This document shows, in pieces, positions 12,941 through 24,048 of a stretch of 64,000 nt of DNA. The stretch's first letter is position 1. Each line of letters opens with the position of its first letter. The position numbers and the translations under genes were made by a program. The notes under the pieces were generated by a model that worked only from the letters and a program-made list of their open reading frames with translations, was not told the DNA's origin and did no database searches. The DNA lies in NCBI GenBank assembly GCA_907165135.1, contig OU015567.1, forward strand, positions 3,596,001-3,660,000, written 5' to 3'. Source of the DNA: Oikopleura dioica. Taxonomy: Eukaryota; Animalia; Chordata.

Positions 12941-13906
12941 TCAAGCAGAAGGAACTAGTTATTAATAAACCTAAATAACTGTCTCATCGATTCAGTATTA
13001 GTAAGAAGAGAATCGCGGCGAATCCATTCAGCAATGTACAGACCATCCTTACAATGGGTTTTGTTCGAAAAGTTGATATAAACGCGAAATAATATAAACC
13101 CATAGCCATGTAGAATTCCGGAAATGAAGATCTCGTAGTCGGGCACGAACATCAGCACTAAATAGCTAAATAAACTTATTACATACAAATCAACTTGCCT
13201 CAGTTCGGAAGTATGATTAATGAAGTTAACAAAATCCTGCTGGCAGTAAAAAAGAAGAACAGGATCACTCGAAATGCACTGGAAAAGCACTGCCAGGAAA
13301 CGTTCAACTAAAAATGAGAAAAATAACTACAGGGAAAAAAATACCTGACTCAGAATTAAAAAATGAAGGACGACCGCGGACAGGAGGAAGAGAAATCGTT
13401 GGTGAACCATTTTGACCAGAGCCGAACCTTATTCGAATACCAAAAAATAACTAACATTATCATACTGCATTCGCTGACAGGCTTGACCTAGGTATAAAGC
13501 ATCAAAAACACCATTCAGAATTCCATGAAGAAAGTTTGAATCGCATTCGATCAATGATGCCTAACCACATTGAAACATTTAAATAAACAAAAGCGTGCCT
13601 GATAAGATTCAATACATTCCGAATCCGCATAAAAATAACTAAAAACAAGTAAATTCATCTTGACGAGAACGTCGTAGAAGTCACTATCAAGATAACAAAA
13701 CCAATAAAAAAGAAATAAGGAAGACTATGTTATCATTCCTGTCATCATTGCTATCGTTGATCCTGACAGCAAAGTGCTTGCGTGAGGCATAAGAAAAATA
13801 ACGAATACCACCAGCAAGTAAATCACAAAACATTGGTACCGTCTAAAATAAAAAAAATTAATACATAACACACTGACGCGGGACAGAGCAGATAAACTTC
13901 CCTAAA

Positions 13907-13931
13907 AGGCCTACCGGCCTAAGGAAACCCT
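13907..13931 (+). other. Conserved 25-bp hairpin motif AGGCCTMCCGGCCNNAGNAAACCCT, copy 1 (others at 23,889 and 38,782; weaker at 29,452 and 30,158)
   Basis: Visible near-identical copies with the same spacing and orientation. Confidence 0.75.
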
Positions 13932-15163
13932 TCTTTAATATATATTTTTTTTTTAACAGATGCGTGAGAAATTACCGAACCCTATACAGCGTTCAAAAGA
14001 AGCTCAACTAACTTTATTGGAGAAAAAGTCGGACTAGGGCGCGGGAACCCAACACTCACAAGAGTGGGGAACTCCCCACGGCACCGTTTTTTTTTCTTTT
14101 TCAAGGGTTTTCAGTATCTCACCGCTCTTATGATTGAAAAAGTAACCAAAATCATGTGATTAGCGTTCCTTAGGATGAGGTTCTGTAGATAATCCTCAAG
14201 TGAGTAGCGCACGCCAAATCCTGTAGTGGGTAGCGGAGCCCTATTTTGCCACTATTTTGCAGAAGGAGCGCGATGGGCAACAAATCCTATTATGGGTAGC
14301 GACGAGATAAAGTGACCTACCCACTAGAGGATTATCTACTGTTATTGATAAGGAAGATCACACCAAAAATCTGAAAGAATATCCCGCGTCTGTGTCGAAA
14401 TAAATTATATACAGTGATATTTTTGAATATAAATCTTCGCGTCTCACGAAGTTGAAAATGAAGAAAAAAGAAAATGGCAGAGTGAGAGAACAGTAAAAAG
14501 GTAAGTTTGACTTTGAAATAACTTTGATAAGAAGGGAGATGTTGTGAAATCGCAAAAAAATACAGAAAATAGTGATAATTGGGATTAAAAACAATCAAAA
14601 GAAATAAAACTTGTTGATCATATTCTCAAAAGTGAAAATACGCGCATTAATGGCGGAGCATTGCGCTAGTCGTCGGATCATGTCGGGCAGAACGTCCACA
14701 CGTGCTTTTCCATCACCAGTATCGAATGGAGACGATGACTTACATGAGGTAATTAACGTTCTCAAACATGAAAAACTATGCATTAAAATACCCATTCAGA
14801 GTAATGATCGTACGCGTTAACTGAAGTCGAATGCTATCCACACTCAGATGTAATCCTTCTAGCCGCGTTAGTAATTTATCTACTTGGGACGCCGAGTAAA
14901 ATCTATATACTGTTTCATTATCGTCCCTGTGTAATTACAATAACCTGAAGTCCGATTCTTCAATCTTCCGTAAATTCTCTTTAACTCTTCGCATCTTTCT
15001 CTCAGGAGTTATAAGAGCAAGGCCAACCGCGTTAATTTCAAAACGATCCATAAAGCCTAAAATTGAGACATTATTTACCATGGAATTCTATTCTAGAAAC
15101 AAAAAGAAAAAAGAAACAGATATAAGTGGATGGTAATTCGCCAATAATCTTCAAGAAAACTGA

Positions 15164-15391
15164 CTGGGGTTCACCCCAGCCCGCGAATTCGAGCGCATGA
15201 TTAATCGCGGAAATTAAGAGAAATATCCTCGCTTTGGGTTTGTCACAATGAATTCATCAAAAAATAAACTTGACAAGCCATAACAGAACCACCAAAAAAT
15301 AATAATAATAAATGCTGCACATCAGGAAATCCAGTCATTCGTCACGTGCATAAATTTACCAATGATCGCCCGGCTGGGGTTCACCCCAGCC
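15164..15391. other. Two copies of the perfect hairpin CTGGGGT-TC-ACCCCAG near the strand-switch point
   Basis: 19-mer CTGGGGTTCACCCCAGCCC at 15,164 and 15,374; a similar GTGGGGA-AC-TCCCCAC hairpin at 14,064-14,079. Confidence 0.8.
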
Positions 15392-15675
15392 CTGAAATGA
15401 ATCAGACAATACCGACAGTGTAGTGAATCACGCGATACTGCTTATCTCATCCTTTGATATTTGTCAACGCGTGTTTTTCAGATAGAATCATATTTTCATG
15501 TTGAAAATTTCAACAAAAATGTGCGAAAACAACTTTAAGTTCGTAGCGAAGATATTTAAAGATAAAATAATCAGTATGTCTATGGGTAAATCAAAGTCTA
15601 GTATTTTCGAGCGGGGGTTAAAATAAGCTATCAGGTAAAACAATAATTACATTGTCTTTTAAAAAGTAAAAAAAA

Positions 15676-17774
15676 ATGCAGGAGGAAGATGAAGTCAGTC
15701 GAGACTTACACCAAACCTTACTTGTCGCGGCTAAAAATCCGAGAAAAATAAAGAAAATGAATGCAGCTCAATTAGATGAAGGTATTTAATTAGTTTCTAC
15801 TTATTCTAAAGTGAAATGAGTTCAAATCGAGAACCAAATCGGTATAATTAAAAACGAAAATATTCGGCCAGCTGCCAATCTTCTCAAGGGAATCGCAGTT
15901 ATTTCTTCGGAAAAAAACATAAAACATCTAACCGACTGCAGAATTTTTCATGAGCAAATAAAAATGGCATCAAGAGGACAAGAACAGGAATTCGAACTCA
16001 ACAAAGGCGGCATAAACATCAAAAGCTACAAAGAAATAGAGGAAGATATTAAAAAATTTGAGAAAATGAAGAAACGAGAAGACGCGGACGATAAATACAA
16101 GGTCGATCCGTCAAAAATAACTCTACGTGAACAGCCGGATGAAGAAATAATCTTCAATTTAGACGAAGAAATACAGGAGATTGACGAACAGGCTATTGCA
16201 GGTAAAACGTAAAAGTGAACAACTAGTAACGAATTCTAGAATTGCTACAAGAAGATGAGAAGGACGATGATTTTGTCGCCAATGTCATCAAGTGGAGACG
16301 ACGCGATACGACTGAAATCAATGAATCGGACAGAGAAAGTAACAGAAGCGAAACAATAACGACGGAGGAAATCGACGAGTTTGATTTAGATGCACGGCGT
16401 TCCATTCAAGAGCGATCGCACTCAGTTGAAGAAGGCGGCCAATTTATAGAATACGCGGAAAAAGAAGATAATAATGATTTTTCAACAGAAGAAAACTCAA
16501 AAGAAAAGAAAACGGCCACAACAGATGGAAATCAAGACGGAAACCAACAGTCAACTAAAAATGTCACAAAAATGACCGAAAACGCGAAAGAAGAGATATT
16601 GGACCTGAAGACTAAAAAGACAACCAAGAGAGAAATTCCAAAGCTTAAAAACTTCAAAAATTACGAAAACGAACGAAATTGGGGCCAGGGGAAACAAAAA
16701 AAAGCGCGAGGAGAATGCCGGGTTTCCTATTCTACCATATAAACAGAAAGGGAAACGAAAAGAAAAGAGGCGGAAGCTAATCATAGGTAACGCAATAAAC
16801 AATAACCCCCCCCCCCCACGCCTTCTCCTCTTCCCCGCACTCCCTAACTGTTTTGCCAAAATGACGAAGATAATATAAATTTATTTGAGACACGGAAACG
16901 CAGATAACTGAGGAAGAGCACATATCGCGTATCCTTGGCAAGCATGATGATTACTGCAAGAAAATGGACGATGAAGAGAATGAATTCAAAATAGTTGAAG
17001 AAAACCCTGTTCAATTATTCACAAAACGATGCACGCGTTCAACAACCGCAAAAATCGAGACGACTGACTTTATGATGGAGGGTATAAAATTGAAAAAGAA
17101 ATCCCCGAAAAGAGAAACCGTGACGAAAAACTTGAAAGAAACCGTCAATGATGATGAATGGCAAGAGAATTTTCTTTCCGGGAGTCCACTAAGAGAATTC
17201 GAGAATCAGTTAGGGTCCGAGACAGATACACATTGTAGAATGCGCCGGGTAGCCAATCAAAAAGCGTTATTCGATGAACAAAAAAAAAGAGATCTAAAAT
17301 ATCACATGGCAAAACGAACCATAGAAATCAGTAATTTGAGAGAATCACTCGGCACTTATTCAAAATGTAACAAATTTGACAATTGTTCTAGAACTTACGC
17401 GGACCCTAGGAAAAGCAAGAAAGCAATAGAATAACAAAAAAATCGGCTGACATCAAAATCGGCGGGAGCAAAGAAGACATAATTGACTGGCTAAAAAAGC
17501 AAAACGATGATAAGCAAACAATCCAGGAATGCTATGAAATAAAACTTTGCAAGGCGAACCTTAATTCTGAAAAATTTTAGCCATTTTAGCCCGTTAAAGA
17601 GAAATAGTTATTTTCATAACATAACAGAACTATATAAAAAAGAATACCGATGGTAAACGAAAGAGTGCCGCCCGTTCATTCCACAGTGTTCTGCAATTAC
17701 TGAAAGAAGGAAAAGTAGATGGCAAACAGCCAAAAACAGAAGATGGAGACGAGATAACCCTACAACTAAAGTGA
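15676..17774 (+). CDS. RAD21: Rad21/Rec8-family alpha-kleisin (cohesin subunit), multi-exon
   Basis: N-terminal NLLKGIAVISSEKNIKHLTDCRIFHEQIKMASR (cf. [27 protein letters not shown]); central KRRKLIIDTETQI..ILGKHDDY (cf. RKRKLIVDSVKEL..QLSDYSD); C-terminal winged helix KRKSAARSFHSVLQLLKEGKV..Q..EITL. Rad21 versus Rec8 is not resolved, and one internal junction near 17,370-17,420 is not resolved. Confidence 0.85.
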
Positions 17775-17913
17775 TTTCGCCAACTGTTTAAAAAAGATAT
17801 GTTTCTTTTACTGCGAATAACTTCCTTTTTGATCCCCACTTTTCAGCCACTTTTCAAGCACAACAATTGTAATAAAGTAATCAATTAAGACAGTGAAAAT
17901 TATCGGTCGAAAA

Positions 17914-18582
17914 ATGTTCTACTGCGTCGGACGAGGATGGGAGGTCGCTATATCGGGGATCACTGATTTTTATTATAAATTATTTTTTTAACATAAAAAA
18001 TCCCTTTCGAAGGCATTTTTACAGATGAGAATCGCTTCAAAAAGTCAGTTAAATATTATCCCGCAATCGATAACTTCTTCATATCCGAAAATGAAACTGC
18101 GGCTCAAAATTGGATGAAAGAACACTGTAAATCGGTAGAAGAAATTCTCAGTGAACAAAACAAGGACGTAAACAATGGTTTTGTCGGAAAAGGAACGCGT
18201 TCAGTTAATAATAGAAAAAAAGATCCATAACTTTCTTTAACGCAAAAAAGTAGAGCAAACAATATCCCAAATAGAAATATTCGACGGGAAAATCAACTGG
18301 AAAATCGAGGTCGGCGACGCAACCGGAGTCGTTCAAGTAAAGGAATTCATGAAACAATAAACATTTTGTTAGGGTGAAGTTACTCATGAAGTGGTGGAAT
18401 ATATATTTGGGATTAATTTATTCAAAAAACAAATCAACCCTGCAATATTTCACGAGATAACCGAAAGAGAAAGAGAAAAAGCGGAAAAAAAACTTGAAGA
18501 ATTTTATGGCCTGATTGAATTATTGAAACTACCAGAAAAAATACTTATAAAATCCTTCACCAAGTTCAGTGACACTGTATAA
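17914..18582 (+). CDS. OB-fold protein resembling the RMI1 C-terminal domain; one in-frame TAA at 18,238
   Basis: Spliced WKIEVGDATGVVQGEVTHEVVEYIFGI..EKKLEEFYGLIEL aligns by eye with RMI1_C [42 protein letters not shown]; POT1 or RPA1 C-terminal OB folds are alternatives. Start is uncertain. Confidence 0.5.
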
Positions 18583-18649
18583 AAACCCAGTAACAACAGA
18601 ATTCCTTACGAATAAAAAATTCAGAATTCGAAAGGTAGACGAATCAGGC

Positions 18650-19282
18650 AGTCCAAACGCGGAAAAAAAACAGACGAGAGCATCAAAAGACGCGGCAAAC
18701 AACGCGGAAGAAGATAAAAAGGGAGTAAGTATCGTTAACCCATTCCCATAGGCGCGTGGTATCATGATAGCTGAGAAAGTACTCTCCGGGCTTAAGACTG
18801 ATACCACCGCTTGTATTGAAGCGCAAAATTGCTGAAATGAAAATTTCAGCGAATCAGCGCGCCATTTTCTTCAGCGACCTAATTTCATTATTCAGACCCC
18901 GCAACATCAACTCCGCAGTCACAAACGCGGAAAAGAAGAGAGAAACGCACTAGAAGACGAGGCAAACAACGCGGAAGGAAGATAAAAAGGGAGTAAGTAT
19001 CGTTAACCCATAGCCGAAGGCGCGTGGTATCACGATAGCTGAGAAAACACTCTCCGGGCTTAAGACTGATACCACCCCTTACATTAAAGCACAAAATTGC
19101 TGAAATGAAAATTTCAGCGAATCAGCGCGCCATTTTTTTCAGCGACCTAATTTCATTATTCAGATCCCGCGACATCAACTCCGCAGTCACAAACGCGAAT
19201 AAGAAGAGAGAAACGCACTAAAAGACGCGGCAAACAACGCAGAAGGAAGATAAAAAGGGAGTAAGTATCGTTAACCCATAGC
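18650..19282. repeat. ~270-bp tandem repeat, cluster A
   Basis: Unit marker ATTGCTGAAATGAAAATTTCAGCG at 18,828 and 19,096. Confidence 0.9.
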
Positions 19283-20515
19283 TAGGGTCCGCACGCAAAA
19301 ATCGACCACCTGAAATCTCTTGATTTTCAAAAAACGGCTTGGATAGTATGATAGAGCAACTCAAACTGAACATTTTTCATATTGAAAGTTTTTCACCGCC
19401 GCTGACTTTTCTGCCGGAAATAGTCAGGTTTAACACCGGAAATCGGTACTTTTTCATGTTTCTGGCCGGCTCACCTTGATCTCGTCGTGATAAGATATCG
19501 ATAAGAGGCTCAAAAGAAAGCTCGTCGTCTGGGCTTTCTTCTGGCACCAAAAAAAAAAGTAGTCACTTAATATAAATTTTTGGCGCTAGAAGCGATTGAA
19601 GGTGCCCAGGATGCCCAAAAATTGCTCAAAATCACCGGAACTAGCGGGTTTCGGTCTAAAACCTCATGAAACCCCTTACATATTGATATCTTTCGATCGG
19701 ATTTTTTCTCTAGACGAAATATTGACCGGTTGAGAGCTCAACCAACCGGTTCTCAAGCCAAAACCAGCCGGTTTCTCTCCAAAACCACGTGTTTTCTAGT
19801 ACATATGGATATCTATCGAAAGGATTTTCTTTTCTGAGTACAAATTGACCGGCTCGAAGCCGGTTGAAAAGTCAACTCTGGTCAAGTTCGGTCGGAGGAC
19901 CTCCCTGGTGGAAGACCAACCGCTGGAAGACCAGTATTTAAAATTTTCAATATGTGGCTATGCTCGGTCAATATATGGCCACTTATGGTCAACATTGGTC
20001 GAGTTAAGCCGGAGGACCCTCGGAGGACCTCCCTGGTGGAAGAAAATAAGCTGGAAGACAAAAATTAAAAAAATGAAATAAAATGCCTTGCTGGGCTAAG
20101 AATCAACACTTTCGTCGAACTTTGGCCACTTTATGCCGGAGGACCACCTGAGGACCTCTTTTGCTGGAAGACAATCTACTGGATGACCAACCTTTAAAAA
20201 AATTAAAAATCAATCACAGTTAACTCAGTGATGAAAGGCGCCACGCCGACCGAAAGCTATCAGGCCACTAAATTCAGTGAGTGACAAGGCAAAACCGTCC
20301 AGGAGAGAAGACAACATCTTTTTATTCGGCTCAGAAAAGAACGAGCTGCCGCGGGCAAACATATGGATATCTATCATATTTCGACAGATTTTTCGCGGAA
20401 ATTTTCAACCAATCGGAAACCTTGATTTTTCAAACCGGCCAATGAGCAGCCGAGTAGCCGCCCACTCAAAATTTGTCAAAATTTTTATGTTGGTTTCAGA
20501 CACGACCCCTAAAAA
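19283..20515. mobile_element. Degenerate non-coding interspersed repeat inserted in the 270-bp array
   Basis: Abrupt TAGGG start and CCCCTA end; segment 20,400-20,515 is similar to 56,987-57,110 in the host region; no TSD found. Confidence 0.5.
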
Positions 20516-21325
20516 TTGACCGGTTTAGATCTAAACAGCATTCCAAATTATCAACTCAAAAGTCTTCGATAACGATTTTTATAAATTTATTTTTGAACAT
20601 GTTTCATAATTCTGCAGGTTGTCTTCGAGAAGATGGTGTTCTAATATTTTTCCGCTTTCTATGAGCTTTGAGTTAGGGATTTCTTTCAATAGGTCTTCAT
20701 CTGTATCAGAATTTTTACTGCTTGTTCACGCCTTAACGGCAACATCGCGTTTAGCAGCGAGACCTTTCCTGGTGGATAACTACAAGTACTGTAAACAGTC
20801 ATTTTTGCTCTTCTCTCATAAATATAGGAGGGGTTTTCATAAATTTGTATTGTTTTTGAATCTTCTTTGTTCTTTCTGAATATCAGTTAAAATAACGCTT
20901 TCAGCTAGAAAGAAAAAAAACAACTTGCCTTTTATTATGTTGGACGGTGGAAAAATGAAATTTTTTGTTTTTAGCATCCCTGTGAGCTCTGAGAGTAACC
21001 CATTGCTCATATTTTCCACAATGAAGATCCATCGAATTGAAAAAACTATCTTTAACTGGGGTCGGAGAAAATGATGAAAATGATTGGTTGATAGATTGTA
21101 GGTTTTTTGCACCAGTTACTTGTTACCAGTGATCAACGACCCAAATAGCTCACCGCCACCAATCCATTAAAATTTGATTCTCGAATCAACCGACTCACCT
21201 CTACCGATTTAATGCCTTTCCGACCCCGATTCTTCAATTTTACAGTAGACATCGTTGCCCTCACGCCCAGCGGTGATAGTGTAGTTGAGTGAGCCAATGG
21301 TGATCCCATTAATAGTTGCTAGCTA

Positions 21326-21544
21326 GGTTTCGAAATTGCGTGTTTACAAATTTATTTTGAAAAAATCGATAAATTAAATTTTTTTTTTGCGTTATTTATT
21401 GACAATCTCTTAATGTTTGTCTTTTATTTTTTAACTTATTCATGAATAAGGAAAATAACCGAGAATAATAAAAGAGATTATAAGTATAAAATAATTCGAG
21501 TTATGTTTAGAATTCAAGCAGATAAAACGACGCAAATCGCAACC
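21326..21544. mobile_element. Small AT-rich MITE with imperfect ~16-bp TIRs flanked by TA
   Basis: TA|GGTTTCGAAATTGCGT ... ACGCAAATCGCAACC|TA. Confidence 0.45.
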
Positions 21545-22060
21545 TAGATGGCTAACAAGAGCAAATGCCCTTCATTCAACTGCTCGATTCGTTTAGGTAT
21601 TTGAAGTGTCTGTATGCGATTACATTAAAATTCTTCCATTTAAAAATTCAGAAAACGTAATCGAAAATCTTTTGTAAAACCTCCCCATACTAGCTTTAGA
21701 GACGTCATATCTGTCTCAAAAATTGGTAGTCCCTGTGAACTTTTTGCGTAGAAGCTTCTGTACTTCAATGGCTCGGGCTTCAAGATTGCTGTGTTTGGCG
21801 AAATGTAATTCTTCGATGATATTTTGAATTTTTCTTCAGCGGTGCCGAGACCAAACATACTAGGTTGTTCAGGAGCAAAGATACCATAAGGAAATGGTCT
21901 TTTTTCGAATCGAAATATTTGTTGTTTTTAAGAACTTAGTAAATTATTATTTTATAAGCAAATTTAGAATTCCTTTATCTCTAAGAATAATGAAAAATTC
22001 TCTTTTCAATTTTCCTGAGAAGTTGGATTTCATACGATTTGTCGATACTTTGGACAATCG

Positions 22061-23030
22061 ATTGCTGAAATGAAAATTTCAGCGAATCAGCGCGCCATTT
22101 TCTTCAGCGACCTAATTTCATTATTCAGACCCCGCAACATCAACTCCACAGTCACAAACGCGAATAAGAAGAGAGAAACGCACTAGAAGACGCGGCAAAC
22201 AACGCGGAAGAGAAGGTATAAAGGGAGTTAGTATCGTAAAACCCATAGCCGAAGGCGCGTGGTATCACGATAGCTGAGAAAACACTCTCCGGGCTTAAGA
22301 CTGATACCACCCCTTGCATTGAAGCGTAAAAATTGCTGAAATGAAAATTTCAGCGAATCAGCGCGCCATTTTTTTCAGCGACCTAATATCATTATTCAGA
22401 CCCCGCAACATCAACTCCGCAGTCACAAACGCGAATAAGAAGAGAGAAACGCACTAGAAGACGCGGCAAACAACGCGGAAGAGAAGGTATAAAGGGAGTT
22501 AGTATCGTAAAACCCATAGCCGAAGGCGCGTGGTATCACGATAGCTGAGAAAACACTCTCCGGGCTTAAGACTGATACCACCCCTTGCATTGAAGCGCAA
22601 AAATTGCTGAAATGAAAATTTCAGCGAATCAGCGCGCCATTTTCTTCGGCGACCTAATTACATTATTCAGACCCCGCGACATCAACCCCACAGACACCAA
22701 CGCGGAAAATAAGAGAGAAAAGCACTAAAAGACGCGGCAAACAACGAAGAGGAGAAGGCATATAGGGAGTAAGTATCGTTAACCCATAGCCGAAGGCGCG
22801 TGGTATCACGATAGCTGAGAAAACACTCTCCGGGCTTAAGACTGATACCATTCCTTGCATTGAAGCGCAAAATTGCTGAAATAGAATGACAGCAAATCAG
22901 CGCGCTATTTTCTTCAAAGACCTAATTTAATTTTCAGACCCCGCGACTTCAACTCCACAATCCAAACGCGAATAAGAAGAGAGAAAAGCACTAAGACGCG
23001 GCAAAAAACGCTGAAAAAAAGGTAAAGAGC
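22061..23030. repeat. ~270-bp tandem repeat, cluster B (plus a diverged copy at ~23,220-23,400)
   Basis: Unit marker at 22,061, 22,332, 22,603 and 22,872. Confidence 0.9.
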
Positions 23031-23443
23031 GATTTTAGCAAGATAACCATGAAGTACTATTTCGCCAAGTGAGAATAATAAACCATAACTTAATACAAAA
23101 ATAAATAATTTAATTTTTTAATAAGAACTAGTAAAATGATAAAAAAGTGGAACTTCTAGAAAAGTTTTGAAGATGACCTTGATTTTAACCAGCATATACC
23201 ACCTGTATGCATTTTAGCAAACTCAAATTTGCAGAAAAAGCTTTCAGCGAATCAGCGCACCATTTTCTTCAACAACCTTTTACAATATTCAGACCACCCA
23301 ACGTCAGCAGCACAGTCAGATACGCAGAAAATAGACAAACGAAGCAAGTGACGAGACATATAACGCGGAACAATATCTCAACAGTACTTAAGTAACAAAA
23401 CCCTTTATTACGCGAAAACAAGCTAATATTTTAGACACAAAGG

Positions 23444-23882
23444 ATGACAGTACCAAATTATAACGACAGTGACCTAGTAATGAAAGCAGTTGAAATTCTA
23501 TTTACGAACACAGAATGGGGAGAAATCATAGCAAAAAAATTTGAAGACGCGTCAATTTCAAAAGAAAAAGCGATTGAATTAATAGAAAAGCATTTGCTAT
23601 CAATAAACGAGATTGAAGAAACCTTGCTTGGAAACATAGCAGACTTTATGATAAAAGAACAATTAGATTTTGTACCAGAAACAGGTAAATAGGTCAAATT
23701 AACACAAAACCATAAAAAAATCCACAAGATGCGATAGAATGCTTAAATGCTGCCATGAAAAAATTCACACAGATGCAAGAGAAAATTATCAACATCAAAA
23801 AACAAATAACAGAAGGTACGCCTGACCATTATACAGTGTGCAACATCAAAAACTATTTCATTCAGAAACAACAAAACAATGA
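23444..23882 (+). CDS. Small three-exon helical orphan protein (~115 aa)
   Basis: Exons join in frame via two GT-AG introns: ..DFVPET|DAIECLNAAMKKF..ITE|ETTKQ*. Confidence 0.55.
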
Positions 23883-24048
23883 AGACATAGGCCTCCCGGC
23901 CGAAGAAAACCCTTATCTTGTTTCTCATGTATTACTTTTCTAATGGTGCACTGTTTCAAAGATTATTTGCCGTCACTTTGTTTTTATTTCTTTATAATAG
24001 CCTTACAAGTAACAATTGTAGCCCATTGACAGCATTCGGTATTCAGCA

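Noticed and set aside
13907-13935. Helitron 3' end (hairpin plus CTRR)
   Set aside because: Only one of the motif copies is followed by CTRR, and no Rep/PIF1 helicase gene is present.
3560-18240. Alternative genetic code with TAA read as an amino acid
   Set aside because: Three in-frame TAAs would be rescued, but the AT-rich 929-codon transposase exon has none and several genes end at TAA. Point mutation or sequence error is simpler.
20540-21900. Minus-strand gene fragments inside the block interrupting the satellite
   Set aside because: Multiple stops and no recognisable domain; no product can be supported.
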